DNA from: Clostridia bacterium
Lineage (GTDB): Bacteria > Bacillota > Clostridia > Christensenellales > QALW01
NCBI GenBank assembly: GCA_017516345.1
Contig: JAFXDC010000065.1
Location: forward strand, 481 to 64,480
DNA: 64,000 nucleotides
Direction: 5' to 3'
Position 1 is the stretch's first letter, and each line of letters begins with the position of its first letter. The notes beneath the pieces were generated by a model. That model ran no database searches. It saw nothing but the letters and a program-made list of their open reading frames with translations, and was not told the DNA's origin. This document shows, one piece after another, positions 36,788 to 44,529 of this stretch. A program made the translations under genes and the position numbers.

Positions 36788-38188
36788 TCAATCGACGGTA
36801 ACTCTGAGCTTACCGTATTCAAAGGTGAAACGATAATTCTTGCTTACGTCTCTGCGCTCACCGCCCGAGCGACGGTATACGGTTGCCTCAACGACGTAAT
36901 TGTCGGTGTATCCGATCTCGGTAAGTGAGGTAAAGGAAAAATCCAGTTCATCTCCCTGACATATCGTTCCTTGGAGGATCTCGTATGTCTTGCATTCCAG
37001 CGGGGTCTCGTCGTATACCTTGCTTGCGCTTCCTGTACGTATTATCACCTTGCGCGGAGTTATGGTAAGAGACCCCGGAGTCAGTATTATTTCGTATCTT
37101 GCGGTCATATCGGCTCCGTTTTGGTCAACCACCGCAAATTTGATGCTGTTAAGGGTGGTGCCTGCATCAAAGGCAGATGCAGTGGACACTATCTTGAGGC
37201 TCTCTCCGTAAGCAAGGCTGCCCGATACCAAGCGCCATTCGTCATTTGAAAGGGGAGAACCATCGTATTCCTTTGTGGCGCTGCCCGTGCTTATGTGCAA
37301 TGTAATGGCGCTTATATCAAGCTTGCCGTAATTTATTTTTACGTTATAAAGATTGGTCACGTCCTTGCCCATGGGATCCTCGATGCCCACTGAGGCAAGA
37401 TTGTCGTAAGATCCCGGCTCCACAGCCTCGCCGTAGCAATCCACCTTTAAAACGTGACCGTCAAGCAGTCTGCCGGAAATATGCTCCCAGCTGTCATTTT
37501 TAAGGGGAAGACCGTCATATTTTTTTGAGGCGGAGCCGGTCTGAAGATTGATGGTTATGGGGTTTACCGTAAGCGTTCCCATATGAAGATCGGCATCATA
37601 CATTCCCGTAACATCGTTTCCGTTTGAGTCTGTTATGGCATATAAGGGCTCGATCTCCTTCGTTCCCGGCTCGGTGATCGAGGTCTTTGCAAGGGAGACA
37701 AAGCTATGACCCGGCAAAAGCTTGCCGCTGTAAATATAAAGCTCATCGCAAACAAGGGGAGTGCCTGAATATCCTATCGTACGGTTATCGCTGGCAATTA
37801 TAAGAGGAATACCGGTTATCTTGAAATCGCCGAAATCATAAGCTATATCGTAAAAATCCGTTACGTCACTGCCTGATTCATCTACGATTATAAAAGTGGA
37901 TTCGTTAGGATAAACGCCTACCTCAGTGTAACTATCATAGGAAAGCACCGACAGCGAGTGCCCCTTGTTGAGCTTTCCTATGCTTACATAGGGGTCGCCC
38001 GCAAACTGCTCCTGACCGTTATATACAACGCTCTTATTTGCCGAGCTGACCGTTATACGCGTCTTTTTGGGCTCGAACAATCCAAGTGCGCTCATTATAC
38101 ATAATATAAATACTATTACCGCGCTGACTATGGCGAGTATTCCCGCAGTGTAGCTTACGGCGGTTACCGCATTTGTTTGCTTATTCAT
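36788..38188 (-). CDS. N-terminally anchored exported protein made of five ~85-aa YDG-type repeats (MBG-like)
   Basis: 466 aa. TM 'AGILAIVSAVIVFILCIMSALGLF', then 5 modules, e.g. 'SASKKYDGLPLKNDSWEHISGRLLDGHVLKV...GKDVTNLYNVKINYGKLDI'. RBS GAGGTG. Confidence 0.7.
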   Translation of the reverse strand: MNKQTNAVTAVSYTAGILAIVSAVIVFILCIMSALGLFEPKKTRITVSSANKSVVYNGQEQFAGDPYVSIGKLNKGHSLSVLSYDSYTEVGVYPNESTFIIVDESGSDVTDFYDIAYDFGDFKITGIPLIIASDNRTIGYSGTPLVCDELYIYSGKLLPGHSFVSLAKTSITEPGTKEIEPLYAITDSNGNDVTGMYDADLHMGTLTVNPITINLQTGSASKKYDGLPLKNDSWEHISGRLLDGHVLKVDCYGEAVEPGSYDNLASVGIEDPMGKDVTNLYNVKINYGKLDISAITLHISTGSATKEYDGSPLSNDEWRLVSGSLAYGESLKIVSTASAFDAGTTLNSIKFAVVDQNGADMTARYEIILTPGSLTITPRKVIIRTGSASKVYDETPLECKTYEILQGTICQGDELDFSFTSLTEIGYTDNYVVEATVYRRSGGERRDVSKNYRFTFEYGKLRVTVD

Positions 38189-38203
38189 AATTCACCTCGA
38201 CAG

Positions 38204-39592
38204 CTAAAAGCCCTTAGATAATTTGTTGATGTATTCCTTGCTGAGGGGCAACGTCTCCGCACCGAATATCCTGTCCATGCATGCCGTAAGGTCGTCAAGC
38301 ATGCTTCTGACGTACGCGGGATTGATCTGCTCAAGCTTTCGCAGTATCTTGCGGCAGATCATGTCGTCAAGTGCCTCCTCCTCGGTGGCGCCGCAGGCAA
38401 GCATTATTGGAACGTAGCGCTCTATCTGACCCATCATTCGGTTTCCTATGGCTATCCTGAATGCCTGATTTAAATACTCATCAAGGCTTATAAGGGCATA
38501 TCTTGCTCCCTCGGAAAGACGGTATTTGCTTCTTGCGTTGTTAAAAAGCCGGGTAAGCTCTGCGTACGATATATGGCACGCGGTGGATGGCTTGCACACA
38601 AACGGAGAGCACTTTTTATCAAGATCCAGGACCGCCGCACGGTCGTATACCTTGTCGGATATCGCAAAGGTGGAGTCGTCGTTGTTTGCTGTGCCCACAA
38701 ACCACATATTCGGAGGCAGTAAAAGCTTACCGCCTTTAAGTCGCTTGGGATCGCGGCCCCAGGAGTCGGATACCACGTCGAGATATCTTCTGTGCTCGGG
38801 AAGCTCAAGAAGAGAGAGAAACTCTGCAAAATAATACTCGATCCTTGCGATGTTTACCTCGTCAAGCACTGTGATAAATACGTCCTGTCTTCCGCCGGCC
38901 TCATAGAGCTTGCACAGCATGGTGGTCTCGTTGAACTTTTTGGTAAATTCGTTAAAATAACCGATCATATCCGAGCGCTCCTTCCACATGGGCTGGATGG
39001 GAACTACGGTGGATGGGTTTGCAAAATATTCGCCCGCAACGTATGCAAGGGAGGTCTTGCCGGTTCCCGACATACCGCGAAGCAGTATAAGCCTGGATAT
39101 TCCCATGCCTCCTATGAATCTGCGCACGTCCTTTATGTCATAGTAGAGCTTGTGCTCGCATGCAGCATAACGCTGAAAATCAACGCACAGCTTCTCAAGA
39201 GTATCCACGGTGTCAAAGCGGGCGTTAGCGTGCTTTTCCAGCTTCTTATCAAGTGCGGAAAGGGCGGGGAAGCGTACTATTTTTCCCTTTTTTACGGGCT
39301 TTTTCTTTTTGAGCCTTTTGATTCCGAGATTCTTGTATTCCCTGTAGGATCTGATACAGTATACCGATGCGCAGGCAAGCAGAGCCGCAAGCCCAATGGG
39401 AAGGGCTATGGCAAATACCACCAGGGCATTGGCAAGCTCGGTATTGGCAAAATCTGCGGCAATATGCTCCTTTATAAGAGCAGAGGTGTTGGGATACTGA
39501 AGTAATAATAAATAAAATGCTATGCTCACGACGTATATGCCTGCCGCAACGATTATAATAAACCTCTTTATTGCTTTGGTTTGGTCCTTCAT
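38204..39592 (-). CDS. Membrane-tethered McrB-family AAA+ GTPase, paralog 1 (two N-terminal TM helices)
   Basis: 462 aa. TMs 'FIIIVAAGIYVVSIAFYLLLL' and 'ALVVFAIALPIGLAALLACASVYCI'. Walker A 'GMSGTGKTS'. 'VLDEVNIARIEYYFAEFLSLLE' resembles the McrB pattern 'IDEINRaN..kifGEl..LlE'. 'PPNMWFVGTANNDDSTFAISDKVYDRA' resembles 'P.N..iIGTMNtaDRS'. RBS AGGAGG. Confidence 0.75.
   Translation of the reverse strand: MKDQTKAIKRFIIIVAAGIYVVSIAFYLLLLQYPNTSALIKEHIAADFANTELANALVVFAIALPIGLAALLACASVYCIRSYREYKNLGIKRLKKKKPVKKGKIVRFPALSALDKKLEKHANARFDTVDTLEKLCVDFQRYAACEHKLYYDIKDVRRFIGGMGISRLILLRGMSGTGKTSLAYVAGEYFANPSTVVPIQPMWKERSDMIGYFNEFTKKFNETTMLCKLYEAGGRQDVFITVLDEVNIARIEYYFAEFLSLLELPEHRRYLDVVSDSWGRDPKRLKGGKLLLPPNMWFVGTANNDDSTFAISDKVYDRAAVLDLDKKCSPFVCKPSTACHISYAELTRLFNNARSKYRLSEGARYALISLDEYLNQAFRIAIGNRMMGQIERYVPIMLACGATEEEALDDMICRKILRKLEQINPAYVRSMLDDLTACMDRIFGAETLPLSKEYINKLSKGF
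38327..39165 (-). repeat. Paralogous AAA+ core segment, copy 1
   Basis: Aligns without indels to 41377-42215 (constant offset 3050 nt) with long runs of identical bases. Confidence 0.9.
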
Positions 39593-39637
39593 GGTGCCTC
39601 CTTTTTAAAAGGATAGGTTGTAGTGCGTGTAGCCGGT

Positions 39638-41236
39638 CTAGCTTGTTGTGTTTTTGTCATGATGGTCGGAATTGCCCTTAAATACCTGCAAAAAGATGTG
39701 TTTTTTAGCCAATTTCCATTGCTTCAGATAGTATTTTTTGTATGCCTTATACTGTGCATCAAGACGGGCAAATTCCTCTCTTGTGTACCTGGCGGGGCGC
39801 TCGTCGCTTTTTAATAGCTTGTCTGCATCGTCAAATGCGCAAAGCAGATAGTATTTTTCCTCAAGCTCGGAGTATGCCTTTTTGAAATCATCGGTAAGCT
39901 TCTTGAGCTCGCTTGCGTGCCTTTCGCCCTCTGCGGCGAGGGCATCCTTGCACTGCGAGACCTCCGCGGTGCATCTTTCGAGGTTTATTTGATGGTTCCG
40001 CTTAAGATTCCTTTCACGATCCTCAAGCTCAAGTATCACGCGCTTAAGCTCTTCCTTTTCATTTTGAGCAAGCTCTGATATCCTCTCGGCCTCGGCAAGA
40101 CGTTCCTTGGCAAGTGGAATGAGCTCAAGATCCTTACGCATGGTCTCAAGCTCAAGGTCAAGAGAGCTGCTGTATCTTTCAAGCTCTGAAACGTATTTCT
40201 CCAGCCTTGCGTTGGATATCGAAAATTCGCTTCTCAGCCTTTTGAGCTTACTTTTAAGGTCCTTTAATGCCTTTGCACGCTCCATTGCCATTTGCTGATC
40301 ATATCTCATCTCGGCTCCGCGGTTAAGTCCTGCACGGCTATATGCAAGATACGATACAAGGGATATAAGCTCCGCATGCCCAAGACTTATCTTTTTATCC
40401 GGGGCGCCCACCGAGCGCGACTGACTTATCTCAAAGCCGTCTCCCTTATATGCGCATAAATAGTCATATAGCTCCGCCGCGGCGGAAAAGCATGGATTAT
40501 GAAGCAGTACGTTGGTTCTTGTTACTGCACCCTTGATCATAGGCGCGGCGGAGACCTCCATCATAAGCGGGGTCTTGAGCATGGAATCGCATATAAGCAG
40601 AATGCTCTCCATCCTTTTGATGGCGCTTACCGTCTCCTCGTTTTCGCCGATGTCGTTGCAGTTGCTCGCCATCTCGGAATAATCAAGATGTATACGCACC
40701 TTTTTATTATTAGTGGAAAATTCCTTGTCGTATACCGTATGAGCATTAAAGGAGTTGGAAAACTTGGTTATCTTGTCCTTTTTTATGGTGGTAAAATCCC
40801 TTATGTAGCATATCAGGGTGTATAAAAACCTGTTTTCGTACACCGCAAAGGTGGACCTGTTTTCCTCAACATATATCTTTTCGGGAGTTATCTCGTCGTT
40901 TATCGGCTCCTTGGTTATGAACTGACTGTGACGCGCAAGATGCTCCACCGAGCTCTTTTTTATCCTGCGCGCTTTTTCGATTATTACGGTTTCTCCCTCA
41001 CTTAAAATAAATTGCCTGTTTTCGTCGATGGCACGCTGGATCTTGGGAAGAGTTTCCTCGATCCTTGATATCCAGTCGGTCTTTATTTTACATATTCTGA
41101 AGGATGCGTCGTATACCTCGCTGCCGCTTGCAGTCAAAAGCGAGTTTATATATTCGGTATGGTCTGTTGTGGTTTCCTTGACACCGTTCATGGCGCAGAG
41201 CTTACGGTGAGCAATATCAAGCATATTTTTTTTCAT
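39638..41236 (-). CDS. Coiled-coil protein with a McrC-N-terminal/DUF2357-like motif and no recognisable nuclease
   Basis: ORF to 41263 (TTG), but ATG 41236 behind GGAGGG is the likely start (about 532 aa). The N-terminal ~320 aa contain 'VEHLARHSQFI...PEKIYVEENRSTFAVYENRFLYTLICYIRDF'. Residues ~330-500 are heptad-rich (ELERYSSSLDLELETMRKDLELIPLAKERLAEAERISELAQNEKEELKRVILELEDRERNLK). Confidence 0.55.
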   Translation of the reverse strand: MKKNMLDIAHRKLCAMNGVKETTTDHTEYINSLLTASGSEVYDASFRICKIKTDWISRIEETLPKIQRAIDENRQFILSEGETVIIEKARRIKKSSVEHLARHSQFITKEPINDEITPEKIYVEENRSTFAVYENRFLYTLICYIRDFTTIKKDKITKFSNSFNAHTVYDKEFSTNNKKVRIHLDYSEMASNCNDIGENEETVSAIKRMESILLICDSMLKTPLMMEVSAAPMIKGAVTRTNVLLHNPCFSAAAELYDYLCAYKGDGFEISQSRSVGAPDKKISLGHAELISLVSYLAYSRAGLNRGAEMRYDQQMAMERAKALKDLKSKLKRLRSEFSISNARLEKYVSELERYSSSLDLELETMRKDLELIPLAKERLAEAERISELAQNEKEELKRVILELEDRERNLKRNHQINLERCTAEVSQCKDALAAEGERHASELKKLTDDFKKAYSELEEKYYLLCAFDDADKLLKSDERPARYTREEFARLDAQYKAYKKYYLKQWKLAKKHIFLQVFKGNSDHHDKNTTS

Positions 41237-41259
41237 ATGGTTCCCTCCGGAATCTGTCG

Positions 41260-42618
41260 TCAAAGGGTGTTTTTAAGCATGGAAACGTATTGCTTGCTCA
41301 GCTCGGGGGATCGGAACAGCTCTGCAAGCTTTGCTAAAAGGGAGTCTGCCTGACTGCGAACGAATGCGGGGTTAAGCTGCTCAAGCTTTCGCAGTATCTT
41401 GCGGCAGATCATATCGTCAAGAGCCTCATCCTCGGTGGCACCGCAAGCTATCATAATGGGCACGTAACGCTCGATCTGACCTATCATTCGGTTTCCTATA
41501 CCTATCCTGAAGGTATCGTTAAGATATTTATCAAGGCTTGCAAGTGCCTCTCTGCCTTGGGCGGACAGGGAATAAGTTGAGCGTGCTTCATCAAAAAGAT
41601 GCGTAAGCTCACTGTAGGATATATGGCATTGAGGCGTGCTTTCGCTAACGAAGGGGGAGCACTTCTTATCAAGATCCAGCACCGCTGCGCGGTCGTATAC
41701 CTTGTCGGATATTGCAAAGGTGGAGTCGTCGTTGTTTGCCGTGCCCACAAACCACATATTCGGAGGCAGTAAAAGCTTGCCTCCCACAAGTCGCTCGGGG
41801 TCGTGTGCCCATGAGTCGGATACCACGTCGAGATATCTTCGGTGCTCGGGAAGCTCGAGAAGAGAGAGAAACTCCGCAAAATAATACTCGACTCTTGCGA
41901 TGTTTACCTCGTCAAGCACCGTGATAAATACGTCCTGTCTGCCTCCCGCCTCGTAAAGCTTGCACAGCATGGTGGTCTCGTTGAACTTCTTGGTAAATTC
42001 GTTAAAATAACCGATCATATCCGAGCGCTCCTTCCACATGGGCTGGATGGGCACTACGGTGGATGGGTTTGCAAAATATTCGCCCGCAACGTATGCAAGG
42101 GAGGTCTTTCCGGTTCCCGACATACCGCGAAGAAGTATAAGCTTGGAGATGCCCATGCCGCCTATAAATCTGCGCACGTCGGAAATATCATAATACAGCT
42201 TGTGCTTGTGTGCGGCAAACTGCTGAAAATCATAGCATATCTTATCAAGCGTGGAGGTTTGAAACACCGCGGGCGGAGCCTCGCTAAGTGCTTGATCTAT
42301 AGCGGTCAGCGCGGGGAAGCGGGAGGGATCGTTGCCATTGGCGGGGTCCTTGCTTCCTCCGAGGCTTGCTGCCTCCTTGCTTTTTTGCTCCTTGAATTCC
42401 GAGATGCGTCTTAAAACGTGAAAGGAGATTATCACCGCACCTGCAAGCAATGCCACGAGGATCATAAGGATGGCAAGATAAACGTCAAACGAGGACGTGG
42501 AAAGGGTGACCTTGGGAGTGGGAGTAGTAATGGGATACACCGTGTACCGCGTAGCATAGGGATTGGGCGGCGCCTCCAAAAGTGCTGCAAGGTATTGTAA
42601 GCTGCCAAGCAAAAACAT
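41260..42618 (-). CDS. Membrane-tethered McrB-family AAA+ GTPase, paralog 2 (single TM, Pro/Thr-rich N-terminal tail)
   Basis: 452 aa. 'PPNPYATRYTVYPITTPTPKV' followed by TM 'VYLAILMILVALLAGAVIISF'. Its AAA+ core differs from paralog 1 at 7 of 185 positions by my count. RBS AAGGAGG. Confidence 0.75.
   Translation of the reverse strand: MFLLGSLQYLAALLEAPPNPYATRYTVYPITTPTPKVTLSTSSFDVYLAILMILVALLAGAVIISFHVLRRISEFKEQKSKEAASLGGSKDPANGNDPSRFPALTAIDQALSEAPPAVFQTSTLDKICYDFQQFAAHKHKLYYDISDVRRFIGGMGISKLILLRGMSGTGKTSLAYVAGEYFANPSTVVPIQPMWKERSDMIGYFNEFTKKFNETTMLCKLYEAGGRQDVFITVLDEVNIARVEYYFAEFLSLLELPEHRRYLDVVSDSWAHDPERLVGGKLLLPPNMWFVGTANNDDSTFAISDKVYDRAAVLDLDKKCSPFVSESTPQCHISYSELTHLFDEARSTYSLSAQGREALASLDKYLNDTFRIGIGNRMIGQIERYVPIMIACGATEDEALDDMICRKILRKLEQLNPAFVRSQADSLLAKLAELFRSPELSKQYVSMLKNTL
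41377..42215 (-). repeat. Paralogous AAA+ core segment, copy 2
   Basis: See 38327-39165. Confidence 0.9.
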
Positions 42619-42709
42619 AGATGACCTCCTTGATTTTTGATGCTTCTAAAAGCTTCTGTATTTAAGAAGCACATGTATACGTTGTGAAAATTTTTATTTT
42701 TGTATTATC

Positions 42710-42738
42710 AGTATAACATAACCTATATTACATTGCAA
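42710..42738 (-). promoter_or_regulatory. Candidate sigma-A promoter of the five-gene operon
   Basis: On the minus strand: TTGCAA (42738-42733), 17-nt spacer, TGtTATACT (hexamer 42715-42710). About 85 nt upstream of ATG 42618. Confidence 0.55.
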
Positions 42739-42774
42739 TAGTCAATGCATAAAGAAATGTAAACTTTTTGTGAA

Positions 42775-42803
42775 ATTAAAAATGACGCGGAGGGCCGCGT
42801 CAT
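42775..42803 (-). terminator. Terminator of the flippase gene, insulating the operon below
   Basis: atgacgcgg aggg ccgcgtcat, followed on the minus strand by TTTTAATTT. Confidence 0.65.
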
Positions 42804-42812
42804 AAAATGTAG

Positions 42813-44384
42813 CTACAATTCATTTTTTTTATTAAAAACCGTGGATATTTCCTTGTCCGTGAATATCTTAAGGACCCAAACGAGCAACAAGTAGCAAAGC
42901 ACGCTGACAAGGACGGTCAAAAGCATAACGGCCCATGACATATTCGGGAACAAATAAGACGATACGATGCATATCACCGCCACCGATAGTGAGCACAATA
43001 AGCACAGAAGAGGGGTGCGCACGTTGAGCCTTAAGCCGCAATGCCTTACCGCAAAGATCAAATTAAGCACACCGGCCGTAATAAATGCTGCGGAGGAGGC
43101 TATGGGGGCGCTCTTTATTCCAAGATCGGTCAAAAGCATCAATGCGGCACCCAGACCAAGCTTGATAACTGCGGCAACTCCTATGGAGATGAGGGGTAGC
43201 CTGGTCTTTCCCACTCCCTGCAGGGCACCGTTAAACGCGTGCATAAAGCAAAGCCCTAAAATGGCAGGGCAGATGCTACGCAAAAGCTCCACTCCCAAAA
43301 GCTGATGCTCAAGAGATACCGATGAGCTGATGGGATACAAAAATTCTATTATGGGTCTGGCAAGAATAAAGAGTCCGACGGCACATGGAAGCCCGAGCAG
43401 CAGGGCAAGCTTTGATGCTATAGTAGAGCTTGTGCGCATACCGTCCATGTCGCCTGTTACCTTATAGTGGCTCATAAACGGAAGTATGGCCACCGAGAAT
43501 GACATTGCAAGTGCACCCGGTAGATTTACTATAGTGCTTACCATTCCGTTAAGCACCCCGTACATGGAGTTTATCTGAGAGTGACTGTAGCCCTTAAAGG
43601 AAAGGCAATGGGTTATAAGGTATGCATCAAGAGTATTTAAAAGGGGTATCGCGGCACCGCAAAGGGTTATGGGGACGGCAAGCCTTAAAAGCCTTTTTGC
43701 CATATCGCGGCCGCTAATTTGTGCAATTGGTGGGGGGATGGGATAGTGATGTCTGTGTCTTACGTACCGATAGTGGATAAAGGCTATGGAGATAAGCTCG
43801 CTTACCGTTACTCCGAGCAAAGCGCCCGAGGCGGCATATATTATGCCTTTTTTTGCCCACAAAAGAGCAAGCGCGGTGCCTGCGGCCAGCTTTCCTGCAG
43901 AGCCTATGACCTGCGTCACGGCAGAGGGCATCATCTGTTGCATTCCCTGAAAATATCCCATATAAGACGATACGACCACAAGCATAAGACTTGGAGCAAT
44001 GCATATAACCGCGATCTCGGCGCCGCCTATTCCCAAGGAGGAGGCTATTGCGCCCGAGAGCAGTATCATAAGCACGGTAAATACCGCGCCCACTGTCAAA
44101 AGAAGCCTTCGGGATAATACAAATACCTTGTTGGCGTTACCCTCGTCTCCTACGGCACGGTATTCCGATACGGTCTTTGCAATTGCGGAGGGAAGACCAG
44201 ATGTGGATATTATCCATAATAGAGCGTAAACAAGATAGGCCTTTGAATATATGCCCATAGCCTCTGTACCTATTATATTTGTAAGAGGAATGCGATATAC
44301 CGCACCTATCAGCTTGCAGATTATCCCCGCCGCCGACAGAATGGTGGCACCGCGGACAAACCTTGACGCGCTTTTATTATCCAA
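42813..44384 (-). CDS. MOP-superfamily flippase (MurJ/MviN - SpoVB family)
   Basis: 523 aa with about 14 TM segments. N-terminus 'RGATILSAAGIICKLIGAVYRIPLTNIIGTEAMGIY' is typical of SpoVB/MurJ-like proteins. Confidence 0.75.
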   Translation of the reverse strand: MDNKSASRFVRGATILSAAGIICKLIGAVYRIPLTNIIGTEAMGIYSKAYLVYALLWIISTSGLPSAIAKTVSEYRAVGDEGNANKVFVLSRRLLLTVGAVFTVLMILLSGAIASSLGIGGAEIAVICIAPSLMLVVVSSYMGYFQGMQQMMPSAVTQVIGSAGKLAAGTALALLWAKKGIIYAASGALLGVTVSELISIAFIHYRYVRHRHHYPIPPPIAQISGRDMAKRLLRLAVPITLCGAAIPLLNTLDAYLITHCLSFKGYSHSQINSMYGVLNGMVSTIVNLPGALAMSFSVAILPFMSHYKVTGDMDGMRTSSTIASKLALLLGLPCAVGLFILARPIIEFLYPISSSVSLEHQLLGVELLRSICPAILGLCFMHAFNGALQGVGKTRLPLISIGVAAVIKLGLGAALMLLTDLGIKSAPIASSAAFITAGVLNLIFAVRHCGLRLNVRTPLLCLLCSLSVAVICIVSSYLFPNMSWAVMLLTVLVSVLCYLLLVWVLKIFTDKEISTVFNKKNEL

Positions 44385-44495
44385 TATCCTTACTCCTAAT
44401 GTATTGTTTTTTATATTATATCACATATTTTCAAAAAAATAAAGAGGCTGACAGCGTTATGTGTCAAAAAACGGCCGCTTTATTGAAAATATCGG

Positions 44496-44524
44496 ACAAA
44501 AATGCGCCCAAGTCTTCGGGCGCA
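44496..44524 (-). terminator. gatCAB terminator
   Basis: gcgccc...gggcgc stem, followed on the minus strand by ATTTTT. Confidence 0.6.
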
Positions 44525-44529
44525 ATGCT

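Noticed and set aside
38792-39505. 237-aa + strand ORF and its twin at 41842-42414
   Set aside because: Both are antisense to the McrB-family genes. They look conserved only because the underlying DNA is duplicated.
33376-42803. The operon as a mobile genomic island or prophage remnant
   Set aside because: No integrase, transposase, flanking direct repeats or tRNA gene is visible, and I could not see an obvious compositional break by eye. I call its position accessory-like but not demonstrably mobile.
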